From Nemertoderma westbladi (Eukaryota > Animalia > Xenacoelomorpha), in NCBI GenBank assembly GCA_032718475.1, contig JAUCBJ010000564.1, forward strand, positions 1-64,000: 64,000 nt of DNA, read 5' to 3'. The notes under the pieces are model-generated. The model searched no databases. It was not told the DNA's origin and saw nothing but the letters and a program-made list of their open reading frames with translations. Made by a program: the position numbers and the translations under genes. How positions within the stretch are numbered: position 1 is the stretch's first letter; every line of letters begins with the position of its first letter. This document shows positions 26,301-37,438 of the stretch, in pieces.

Positions 26301-27808
26301 ACACGAGTTGTCCGGACACAAGTTGTACAGACACAAGTTGTACAGATACGAGTACAAACACGAGTTGAACAGACACGAGTTGTACAGACACGAGTTGTAC
26401 AGATACGAGTTGTACAGACAATGAGTTGTACAGACACGAGTTGTACAGACACGGATTGTACAGACACGAGATGTACAGGCACAAGTTGTACAGACACGAG
26501 TAGTGCAGACACGAGTTGTACAGATACGAGTTGTACAGACAACGAGTTGTACAGATACGAGTTGTACAGACACGAATTGTACAGACACAAGTTGTACAGG
26601 CACAAGTTGTACAGACACGAGTTGTACAGACACGAGCTGTACAGATACGAGAACAAACACGAGTTGTACAGACACGAGTTGTACAGACACGAGTTGTACA
26701 GACACGAGTTGTACAGATACGAGAACAAACACGAGTTGTACAGACACTAGTTGTACAGATACGAGAACAAACACGAGTTGTACAGACACGAGTTGTCCGG
26801 ACACAAGTTGTACAGACACAAGTTGAACAGATACGAGTACAAACACAAGTTGAACAGACACGAGTTGTACAGACACGAGTTGTACAGATACGAGAACAAA
26901 CACAAGTTGTACAGACACGAGTTGTACAGACACGAGTTGTACAGACACGAGTTGTACAGACACGAGTTGTACAGACACGAGTTGTACAGACACGAGTTGT
27001 ACAGACACGAGTTGTACAGACACGAGTTGTACAGATACGAGAACAAACACGAGTTGTACAGACACGAGTTGTACAGATACGAGAACAAACACAAGTTGTA
27101 CAGACACGAGTGGTCCGGACACAAGTTGTACAGACACAAGTTGTACAGATACGAGTACAAACACGAGTTGAACAGACACGAGTTGTACAGACACGAGTTG
27201 TACAGATACGAGTTGTACAGACAATGAGTTGTACAGACACGAGTTGTACAGACACGAATTGTACAGACACAAGATGTACAGGCACAAGTTGTACAGACAC
27301 GAGTAGTGCAGACACGAGTTGTACAGATACGAGTTGTACAGACAACGAGTTGTACAGACACGAGTTGTACAGACACGAATTGTACAGACACAAGTTGTAC
27401 AGGCACAAGTTGTACAGACACGAGTTGTACAGACACGAGTTGTACAGATACGAGAACAAACACGAGTTGTACAGACACGAGTTGTACAGATACGAGAACA
27501 AACACGAGTTGTACAGATACGAGAACAAACACGAGTTGTACAGACACGAGTTGTCCGGACACAAGTTGTACAGACACAAGTTGTACAGACACGAGTTGTA
27601 CAGATACGAGAACAAACACGAGTTGTACAGACACGAGTTGTACAGATACGAGAACAAACACGAGTTGTACAGATACGAGAACAAACACGAGTTGTACAGA
27701 CACGAGTTGTCCGGACACAAGTTGTACAGACACAAGTTGTACAGATACGAGTACAAACACGAGTTGAACAGACACGAGTTGTACAGACACGAGTTGTACA
27801 GATACGAG
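23330..27808. repeat. 15-bp satellite (GACACGAGTTGTACA)n, left array, about 300 units
   Basis: Direct reading. Variants include GATACGAG, GACACAAG, GATTCGAG, 12-bp GATACGAGAACA, GTCCGG and TAGTGCA. The consensus has no stop codon in any frame, which explains the long ORF calls. Confidence 0.98.
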
Positions 27809-27914
27809 TGATGAATTATTTCACTATAGAATAGCATTTGTAGTATAACTTAAAAACTTTCGAAAATCCGGCGCATTTTGATTAAGTTACTTTTAAAACC
27901 CCTAGTTACTTTCG

Positions 27915-27996
27915 TGGCGTAGTGGTCAGATGGTTAAGGCGTTGGTTGCATTACGTAGGTTACGAGTTCGAATCTTGGTCGGGAAATTTGTATTTT
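27915..27996 (+). promoter_or_regulatory. tRNA-derived Pol III type-2 promoter-like module in U3; also at ~53418-53500 and ~62647-62728
   Basis: A box TGGCGTAGTGG 27915-27925, B box GTTCGAATC 27966-27974, T-run at 27993-27996. Confidence 0.6.
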
Positions 27997-28023
27997 GGGG
28001 CAATTTATTTTCATTTGGTACAA

Positions 28024-28200
28024 ATTGGTAAGCCAATGAGGTGCGTACAACGCATCGAACGATGAGTTAGGCCAATCATAGGGCAAGGAATATCTTATTG
28101 CTCCAATGTGAGGCCATGGAATACTCCAGAAGGTTCTAGTGAATTCTATGTCCCAGATTTAGTATATAAAGGGCTGGTTTGCCTTCGGTTATCACTTGTA
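28024..28200 (+). promoter_or_regulatory. LTR Pol II promoter: CCAAT cluster, TATA box, Inr-like site
   Basis: CCAAT at 28033, 28072 and 28103; TATATAAA 28163-28170; TCACTT at ~28192. Same layout in the other two LTR copies. Confidence 0.6.
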
Positions 28201-30609
28201 AAACACAATTGTATTTATCAGTTATCACTTCTTGTTGTCATTTCTTAACTAGTTTCTTGTTGAAACTATGTTAAATCTGTTTGATTATTCTTTCGCTAAA
28301 CTGTAAATACACTGTAAACTTCTGAACATGTTTTTCTTTGGTCCAACTTTGGGACAGCCAAACATCGGGAAGATGGCCGCCTAGACCGTTAGGCCGTCAG
28401 CAACGCAGGGAAAGGATGTCCACAACACGCTAGCGCCCACATTAACTTAGACCGCGCACCCCCTTCGCCCTTCAAAATACTCCACATGCCATGCAGCGCC
28501 CGCTTTATGAGGAAGGTAAGACTTTGTTTGACGCCCTTGCCCGCCGTAAGACCTATAGATTAGGGTAAGCGTGACGCCGTCCTGGGACGCCGCAAAATTT
28601 AGGATCAAATAACTATATTTTAGGCAGAAACCCCCTTTGTCAGTCCTGCAAACCCCTGGGTTACCTGTATACCTCACAGGTATTGCGAGCTATTGCCGTT
28701 CGTCAGTACGCAAGTACATATTAGGTACGGACAGCATACGTTCCATAATTTAGTGATTTGTAGTACTGACTGTTTGGTACCGGTTCGCTCTGTAGAGCAT
28801 ACATTAGTACCCCCCCCCCCCCCCCTGCCTGAAGTTGGTTGTTTGATCAGGCAAGGAGTATTTCTGCTACCGGCACACCGCTTGGCCTAGGGAGGTTTTA
28901 TTAATATCCTACCGCGCCTTGCCATGTACTGATAGGTATTGCTGCTAACTACCGCGGCAACAAAGTTCTAGAATCAAATTTGTATACCAGATCAGCTAAC
29001 GTACGGTAGCGATTAACCCCTATTTCTTATCTTACAACCAGAATCTGGTATTTGTGCCGATCACGGGTGTAGTTACTAACACCGTGGTTGCCCAGTTGAG
29101 TTGTGGATAGGAAGGAGAGAGCTTTGACGTCATTTGTAAGTATAAAGTTCTACAAAACGCGACTAGCTTATTTTAGTAGCTAGCGCACGGTATTATTTCG
29201 GTCAGAAAATCACTAAAACCTAGTGAAAAGATATACACCAAAATTGTTTTATTGTAACACACCCACACACACACGCCCTAAAACATATTTACCCTTAGAG
29301 TTCCTACTAGTTATAGCTTACTTTATATTACTTTAGGCAGAATTTATCTGTATTTGTAAATTAGGATCTGATATTTAGTTATGGCAAAAGGGAGTATTTC
29401 ATTTTGTTATTAAACTGTTGTTTTCTGCTCAGCAGTATTGTTACATTAGGCACGACCCTCTTTAGACTGATTAAGGACAGAGATCAGTATTGTTACGCTA
29501 GTCTGTTAATCCACTAGCTCGTATATAAACCATATAAATCACACCGCGGCAAGTTACTGTATTTAGGACTGTCAGCGATAGTTAGGATTCGCTGCGTGGG
29601 GATTGTTTTCCCGTGAGTTTGGTCTGTTACTGTAACTGTACATCTGCCATACCGGTTAGAGGACAGGTATCCTTTTGTCTAGTTCGTAGGCATTAGACCC
29701 GCCCACGTACATAGAATAGACACCAGGCTCTGCTCCTCGCCAGTAGTAGTTTGTGTATTGTATCTGTTTGTTTAGATATCCTGGACTGGGATTTGTTGTC
29801 AGATACTGTACGAGCCCGTTTCATTACTAGAGTCTTACAGTAAGATACATCGTTACTAGGATCTGGTAAGCGGTATACTACTGGACTTTACGGATAGAGA
29901 TATTCTATAGCTTCGTATTAGTTTTTCCAGTACTCCTCTATGGGAGTCCATGCTGGGCTCTAACTGCTGAGGACACCAAATCTCTGGATGGCACATTCAC
30001 AAGAATGCTACGCCGGGTTCATTGTTAGCTTATCCAATTCCGCTAACACGAACCCACAGAGTGAGCCATAAAGCAATATTGGGAGCCTATTGTCAGCCCA
30101 GTAAACGGGGACAATAGGCCCCAAAGGAGACACACACAATAAGGGTCAGGGGTTACTCCCCTGATAAGAGAGAGAACAGCAAGGGCGAAGGGAAGCACTT
30201 CAGAGGGGGGCAAAGGGTGCCAACAGGGGTATTAACCAATCAGAGGGGGGAAAGGCATCGATTGAGTAGCAATAAGGCCACCGTGCAATATAACCAGTTA
30301 CCAGTAATCATACCGGTCAGTTATTCAGTTTACTCAGTCAGATCAGTAGGGTGGAACGGGGACTTCTGTCACCGTCCGCTACCGCCATTATATATTACCT
30401 ATTGTGTCATACTATATTATATCAACTGTCAGACTATTATACCTTTATACATATTACCCAACATCAGAACTCTTTTACCTTTCACACACGGCGGGGACGC
30501 GTGGATAGAAAACCCAAACGGATAAACCGGGATCCGTAGATCCCGTCACAGTGACAGAACTAGATCCGCCCAGCTGCCCTGACAGTGATAGACTGACACC
30601 AAAGGCGAG

Positions 30610-31842
30610 ATGAGCCGAGAGAAAGGAACGACACCGCCGCGGACCCCGGACGACGATCTAACGATCCGCGAGGCCACGGCGAGACGATACGAACCCACGA
30701 CGCCGGTCGATGCTACGCCGACCACGTCGACGCACGTTGACGCCACGTCGACAACGAGCAACCCGGCGAACCAAGATGTGGGGGGTCGTCTACAACCGGA
30801 GAGCGAGTCGAGGGAAGGAGACGAGAAGGGAGGAGAAGAGAAAGACGAGTCGACGCGGAGCGAGGGTCGACATACCGATGTCACCGGCCAGCCACAGGCC
30901 GAGGACGACGAACGGTCCACCGGAACGGCGACGGTGGGGCCGTCGGTACGACGTCGGACCCGGAGAGACGGAAGAGAGGTCGGCGACGAGGACGTCGGGG
31001 TTTCTGATCGACTTCGACGGGCCTACCTCGCGACCCGGGAGCAACTGAGAGAGGCCAAGGAGGGGGCGAAGATAGACGAGGTGAGACTGAGGAGATGACT
31101 AGGTGAGTCGAACAGATACTTTGATCACCTAGTGCGTTCTGGGCAGGGAGAACTGGCCAGGGAGAGAGCGAGAGGGGTTGCCTTCGAACTGTTTTGGCTA
31201 TGGCAACGTAGGGGTATGGGGCTTGGTGTAGTGTACATAGGGCCATACTTAGTCGATGCCAGGGAATTTAGGTTAGTGGGTTGGAAGAGACCTGGGGAGG
31301 GCGAATCCGAGGTTAATTCCGAGGATTCGGTCTCGTCAGTCGGAGGAAGTTCCGGGAAGCGGGGGAAAGTTAGTAGGACGGAGGGGCGACGGGAGTCTGT
31401 CGCAACCGATAAGTCTGCTACATCCTCCGCAAAAGAAAGAGGGGTGTGGAAGGTAAAACTGATGTTTAAAATAGATGAGGCGGCGTGGGAGCAGAGACAG
31501 TTAGAGTGGCGACTGAGGGATAAAATCGCATCTTTAGAGCGGGCAAGGGAGGATAGAAAGGGAGCCGAGGAGCGTAGAGATTGGGCGGCGAGTCGATCTG
31601 AGATGCTTGCGAGAGAGACGGCCGAGCGAAACATACGAGAGTGCAGAGAGAGAGAAATAGAGGGTGAGCGTGAGCGGGATGATTTGTGTGCCCGGATAGG
31701 GAAGTTTGTGCAATATCGGGCCAAACTAAAACAGCGCCGACTAGAACTGTCGCGGTTGAAAATATCAGAGAGGGAGCCCCCACTTACAAGCACCGAGCGA
31801 GAAAACCAGAACTGGTGTAGCCGTACGGGCGGGGGGGGGTAG
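30610..31842 (+). pseudogene. Element 2 gag-like N-terminal region (charged/coiled-coil), in-frame stop at 31096-31098
   Basis: ORFs 30610-31098 and 31132-31842 share one frame, start 60 nt after the LTR and are R/E-rich. No diagnostic motif. Confidence 0.5.
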
Positions 31843-32156
31843 TAGTAGTACGTCAGAAGTAGTTAATATTAATAGTACCGTAGTAAATAACCCTAATCCC
31901 TTTATTACAGGAAATAATATTTTACCGGGTAGTAGTAATTTAAATTTAAATACAAATACTCTAAATAATAATTTCGATTCAAACCCGCAAAATAATTCGA
32001 ATAATAATTTAAGTTTAGAGAATAGTAGTGACCTAAGTAATTTAAATAATTTAAATAATAATCCCGTTTCAAATTCTAATAATTTAATTGATTTAACAAA
32101 TAATATTGGGAATGGTGCTATTAATATGAGCGTGTCGGACGTACATAACCCGGCAG

Positions 32157-32722
32157 ACAGTGGCCTGGTAGGCCACGTAGTTAGTAGGCAGGAGGTGGCA
32201 GGGTTGAGCCAACCCGACGGCGGCCTGGTAGGCCACGTAGTTGGTAGGCAGGGGGTAGCGGGGTTGAGCCAACCCGAAGTAGGACTGATGGGCCACGCAG
32301 TAGTAGAGAGAGAGGCGGGGGTGAATAGACCCAGCCGTAGTAGAGACAGTGCGTCGACTAGATAGGGGTGTAGAGACGAAGAGAGAGATAGTGAAGTTAG
32401 ATGTGGCGGGTGGGGGGGGGCTACGGGCGCCCCACCACATAAGATTAGTGGCGAGAGAGGGGGGGCAGAGAATGCCCCACAAGAGGGGTGTAGGAGTGTA
32501 ATAAGAGGTAGTGAAGTTAGAAGTGGCGGGTGGGGGGGGGCTACGGGCGCCCCACCACATAAGATTAGTGGCGAGAGAGGGGGGGCAGAGAATGCCCCAC
32601 AAGAGGGGTATAGAAGTGTAGTAAGAAATAGTGAAGTTAGAAGCGGCGGTTGGGGGGGGGGGCTACGGGCACCCCACCGCGAGAGATTAGTAGAGAGAGA
32701 GGGGGGGCAGAGAGTGTCCCAC
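32157..32722 (+). repeat. Tandem repeats in element 2: 60-bp unit x~2.4 and 120-bp unit x~3
   Basis: GGCCTGGTAGGCCACGTAGTT at 32162 and 32222; AGTGAAGTTAGA...GGCTACGGGC at 32390, 32510 and 32630. Confidence 0.85.
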
Positions 32723-34095
32723 AGCCGTCAGCGGATAATGCGCGGGCCGAATTAGGTAAACCGCAACACCCGGCGACGGAGAGTAATAGGGGGATTGCGA
32801 GTATCCCCAGCGGCGTGCGATCGAGCAGAGAGAGGCAGGTTGACGTCGCGAGAGGGCAGGCGAAGCGTCGAGCCCGACCAGAAGAGAGAAGAAGAACAGT
32901 GGAGTTTAACCGGGAGGTCGACGAGAGATCTCACGAGCCGGAATACTACACAGAAAAGAGAAGAAGAGAAGATAGTAGAAGAAGTGTCGCCACGAACGAT
33001 AGCAGTGCGAGGACGGATAACGGACCGTCGATAGTAGAGATGGAGTCAGGGAGCCAGTGGGGTCGAACTTCGGGAGATTGCCGTCGCCCCGGAGAAACGC
33101 ACCGCACGCCAGGAGGGGGGTACAGGACGTACCAGTACGAAGAAGAGAACAGGAGAGGGGATCGAGGGGAAACTTCCCGACGGGATATAGCTGCCGATCG
33201 AGAGTACGGTAGTCGCGGGGAGATTCGAGATTCGCGAAGAATAAACTTCGGTTCGGAAGGGCACATGCAGACTGCAGGACATACTGTAGGCCTTACTGCA
33301 CATACTATTATAGGCCATGCTGGGAGAGATAGAGTAGGCGATGGGGTAGCGCGAACGACGGGATTAAACCCGGAAGTCGCGGAGTACATACCGGTAGGTA
33401 GGCGAGAGGTAGGTAGGCCTATATCGGTACAGCAGCATGACTATAATACACAGGGACATAACATATATCCAGGGGAGGGGGGAGTTATTGGAGATAGACG
33501 TATGGGCCCCAATGTATTAACATCAACCCCAGTACCAAACATACCGGCTGGGGGGGGACAGGGTGACATTCCCCCATCACAATATCGACAATATACCCCA
33601 ATAGGAGCGAGAACATCGAACCCCTTGGACGAGAACAGGTCGTGCGGACAGTCACCACCACACGCGGCCGTACAGGGGACTGCTAGTCCACAGTTAGGTG
33701 GTAGCAGGGCCACACCGTGGCAGGGACAGAAAGAAAATAACACCAAAAATAAACACAATCCCAATATACCCAGTAGGCCGAGTCTAGACAACCAAAACAT
33801 TAAATCGGTACATATAAACCTAAGCGCGATACGTGAAGGACTATACAGGAAACGCTATAATCCAGGATTCCAATGTCAATTACATCGGGACGGAACCCAT
33901 AAGACCAGGAGTTGCAAGTACTGGCAAGCGTTGCCCAAACGAGATCGTGTAGCCTACACAGACGCAAACGGACTATGTCATCGATGTGTGGTAAAAGGAC
34001 ACAGATCCGGAGAGTGTTGGAAAGGGAGAGGATGTGAAAGGACTAAACCAGGGGCAGAGAAGCCCATTGCAAACATAAGGGAGTCGGGAAAGTAG
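32650..34095 (+). CDS. Gag C-terminal ORF with BEL/Pao-type zinc knuckles
   Basis: CQLHRDGTHKTRSC-x-R-x-LCHRCVVKGHRSGEC-x-C, the tandem Cys/His array typical of BEL/Pao gag. Confidence 0.7.
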   Translation: MGGGATGTPPREISRERGGAESVPQPSADNARAELGKPQHPATESNRGIASIPSGVRSSRERQVDVARGQAKRRARPEERRRTVEFNREVDERSHEPEYYTEKRRREDSRRSVATNDSSARTDNGPSIVEMESGSQWGRTSGDCRRPGETHRTPGGGYRTYQYEEENRRGDRGETSRRDIAADREYGSRGEIRDSRRINFGSEGHMQTAGHTVGLTAHTIIGHAGRDRVGDGVARTTGLNPEVAEYIPVGRREVGRPISVQQHDYNTQGHNIYPGEGGVIGDRRMGPNVLTSTPVPNIPAGGGQGDIPPSQYRQYTPIGARTSNPLDENRSCGQSPPHAAVQGTASPQLGGSRATPWQGQKENNTKNKHNPNIPSRPSLDNQNIKSVHINLSAIREGLYRKRYNPGFQCQLHRDGTHKTRSCKYWQALPKRDRVAYTDANGLCHRCVVKGHRSGECWKGRGCERTKPGAEKPIANIRESGK

Positions 34096-34439
34096 AAGGA
34101 GGCGTGTTGCATACACACGCAGGACGGACACAGTGCGAGGGGGCATTGCACGGGCAGACACCGCGTATACCGAGGGACGAGCGGGGGTCGTCGAGGGCCC
34201 TAATGCCAGCGCACATACGAAGGGGGAGGCCAGCAAAGGTGGCACCGAAGAGAGTGTGGCGAAGAGTTAGAGGACGTATAGGAGGGCAGCAGGAGAGTGC
34301 CTACCGGAAGAAGGGGCACGTGAGAGTTTTTAGTCGTCCAAAGTTTTGGACTGAGGGGGGTGGGAATGAGGGCGAGACGCCCTTCCCACGCACAAAATAT
34401 AAAATAATTATTTAATTAAATAAAATAATTAAATAATAG

Positions 34440-36200
34440 AGTAGGTAGAAGTTAGGTAGTTAGGAGTTATTTAGGAGGTACGTAGTACCTAGAGTCAGAG
34501 TTAGTTAGTTAGTCAGTTAGCACTGATAGTTAGTGTTAGAGTAAGAGTTAGAGAGTCTCTCTACCGTTAGAGAGTAGGAGTTAAGGGGTACGTAGTACCG
34601 TTAGAGTTAGTAAGAGTTAGTAGGTACGTAGTACCTAGTTAGAGAGTTAGTAGGTACGTAGTACCTAGTTAGAGTTAGAGTTAGTAGGTACGTAGTACCG
34701 TTAGAGAGTTAGTAGAGTTAGTAGGTACGTAGTACCTAGTTAGAGTTAGAGTTAGTAGGTACGTAGTACCTAGTTAGAGTTAGAGTTAGTAGGTACGTAG
34801 TACCTAGAGTTAGAGAGTTAGTAGGTACGTAGTACCTAGAGTTAGTTAGAGAGTCAGTAGGTACGTAGTACCTAGTTAGAGTTAGAGTTAGAGGGTACGT
34901 AGTACCTAGTTAGAGAGTTAGTAGGTACGTAGTACCTAGTTAGAGTTAGAGTTAGAGGGTACGTAGTACCGTAGTTAGAGTTAGAGTTAGAGGGTACGTA
35001 AGTACCGCTAGTTAGAGTTAGAGTTAGAGGGTACGTAAGTACCGGTTAGAGAGTAAGAGTTAGAGGGTACGTAGTACCGTCAGTTAGTGGAGCTGGAGTA
35101 GTGAGAGGGTACGTAGTACCGCTAGTTAGAGTAAGAGTTAGAGGGTACGTAGTACCGTTAGTAGAGAGTTAGCAGAGTAGAGTTAGTAGTAGAATGGTTG
35201 TGGGCACCGTAAGCGCCACATAGAAAGTAGTAGCAGTAGAGGGTTGTGGGCACCGTAAGCGCCACGTAGTTAGAGTTAGTAGGGAATGCGCTGAACTTAG
35301 TGGGGCACGGGCGTGATGATGTGTGTGATGTAAGAGCAGGGTATGTTAATTAGAGTTAGTGGGAGTTAGAGGTTAGTAAGAGGGTACGTAGTAGTACCGG
35401 TTGTGGTTGTGGGCACCGTTAGCGCCACGTAGATAGAGGTAGAGTTAGTAAGAGGGTACGTAGTACCGGTTGTGGTTGTGGGCACCGTTAGCGCCACGTA
35501 GAGAGTTAGTAGAGTTAGAAGGTGCCGTGCACAAGAGGTGCCGGGCACAAAAAGAGTTAGTAGAGTTAGAAGAGAGTTAGTAGAGTCAGTAGTAGTTCAC
35601 ATAATTAACGTACCCACTCTGCCGGCACTCAGAGCGTCACGTGTAGGCGATGAGACGTAAAGGGGATGTAGAGGAGTAGAGACGGGCACATAGGGTGCCA
35701 GAGAGTAGAAGAGTAGAGACGGGCACATAGGGTGCCAGGTAGTAAGTTAGAGAGGTAGTAGTGTAGTAGAGAGGGCACATAGGGTGCCAGGTAGTAGAGT
35801 AGAGCAGAGGGGGCACATAGGGTGCCAGGTAGTAGAGCTAGAGAGGTAGTTGAGTAGTAGAAGGGCACATAGGGTGCCAGATAGTAGAGTGGTTGTGGGC
35901 ACCGCAAGCGCCACGTAGTTAGAAGAGTGGAGTAGAGTTAGTAGAGCTAGTTAGTAGAGTTAGAGAGCTAGTGGAGTAGAGTTAGCAGAGCTAGTGGAGT
36001 AGAGTTAGTAGAGCTAGTTAGCAGAGTTGGTAGACTCAGAGGAGTCAAGTAGAGTTAGTAGAAGTAGAAAGTTAGTAGGAGTTAGTTAGACTTAGTAGAG
36101 AGTTAGAGTCAGTAGAAAGTTAGAGGCTCTCAGTTAGAGCTAGAAGTAGTAAGAGTTAGTAGTTAGCAGAGTTAGTTAGATAGTTAGAGTTAGTAAGCAG
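34440..36200 (+). repeat. Purine-rich GTTAGA backbone with arrays of short hairpins in the 3' region of element 2
   Basis: About 20 GGTACGTAGTACC, 5 GTGGGCACCG(T/C)(A/T)AGCGCCAC and 5 GGGCACATAGGGTGCC units separated by C-poor spacers. Confidence 0.85.
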
Positions 36201-37438
36201 TAGGTAGATAGTATGATAGCACAGGGGTAGCATTAGAGATTAAAGCCTTAGGGAGTGACAAGAGAGTGGAGAGGTAATAGTGCGGAGTGCGAAGAGAGCG
36301 TGGGCGCAATTCAAGTGTGGGGGAGGAGAAGTGAGAGGAAGAGTGTGGGACGAGGAGGTCCGGGGGTATGCGAGAGTTGGAGTAGAGTGGTGAGAGTGTT
36401 GGGGAAACAAAAATTGTGTGAGAGAAGCGCACGATCGGCCCGACACGAGACGCCAGAGGGTAGTGACATCATACCCATAGGGAGCGGCCTGGAAAGCCGA
36501 CTCCGAAAAAATATACCCACCCCACACCCGATGCTAGATCGGGATCCAGCGGAATTGTAGCGCACTTGAGTTGGATGCTATCTTCTTACCGGGAAGATAG
36601 CATGGGGGGGAGTGTTAGCTTATCCAATTCCGCTAACACAAACCCATAGAGTGAGCCATAAAGCAATATTGGGAGCCTATTGTCAGCCCAGTAAACGGGG
36701 ACAATAGGCCCCAAAGGAGACACACACAATAAGGGTCAGGGGTTACTCCCCTGACAAGAGAGAGAACAGCAAGGGCGAAGGGAAGCACTTCAGAGGGGGG
36801 CAAAGGGTGCCAACAGGGGTATCAACCAATCAGAGGGGGGAAAGGCATCGATTGAGTAGCAATAAGGCCACCGTGCAATATAACCAGTTACCAGTAATCA
36901 TACCGGTCAGTTATTCAGTTTACTCAGTCAGATCAGTAGGGTGGAACGGGGACTTCTGTCACCGTCCGCTACCGCCATTATATATTACCTATTGTGTCAT
37001 ACTATATTATATCAACTGTCAGACTATTATACCTTTATACATATTACCCAACATCAGAACTCTTTTACCTTTCACACACGGCGGGGACGCGTGGGCAGAA
37101 AACCCAAACGGATAAACCGGGATCCGTAGATCCCGGTTTATCCATTGTGTCAAGTACAATGCACACATCTCCAACCAGACACTATATAACATTGGAGGTG
37201 TCTCATTGGTTCCCCCAAGCTTGACACTAGAACAAAATCGCCTCCGCTTTGCAGGACATTGCTTTCGCCGTGAGGACCAGCCAGTGCATAATCTTGTACT
37301 TTGGCAGCCTCATGGAGTGAATAAGCATGGTGGACAGCCCATGACTTTCTTGAGACGCATCTTAAAGGACACTGGCCTTGAAGATGCGGATGATCTAGCA
37401 AATGTCATGGGTGATAGGGAGTTGTGGCGGTGCAATTT

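Larger units (their letters stand above)
30023..37140 (+). mobile_element. Non-autonomous gag-only BEL/Pao-like LTR element (element 2) with 528-bp LTRs
   Basis: LTRs 30023-30550 (TGTTAG...TCACA) and 36613-~37140, about 6 differences seen. PPT GGGGGGGAG at 36604-36612. No protease, RT or integrase motifs. Confidence 0.88.

Noticed and set aside
23231-27837. Very long ORFs (up to 1503 aa; RHELY, TDTSC, VQLVS, CTTRV repeats), likewise at 55361-62543
   Set aside because: The 15-bp monomer has no stop in any frame; ORFs occur on both strands, shift frame at indels and are split by an LTR element. Satellite artefact, not antifreeze- or metallothionein-like genes.
27915-27985. Functional tRNA genes here and at 15935, 18948, 53418 and 62647
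   Set aside because: A and B boxes are present but no complete cloverleaf can be folded.
28335-29920. Hammerhead ribozyme (retrozyme-like) in the LTR
   Set aside because: No CTGANGA...GAAA core with flanking helices was found.
34500-35200. Telomeric repeat
   Set aside because: Units are TTAGAG mixed with hairpins inside an LTR element, not tandem TTAGGG or TTAGG.
30018-37150. Element 2 as a DIRS/Ngaro tyrosine-recombinase element (CATTGT at both junctions, no TSD)
   Set aside because: PPT, TG...CA 5' LTR and BEL-type gag fit an ordinary LTR element; the junction is explained by an altered TTCAT TSD.
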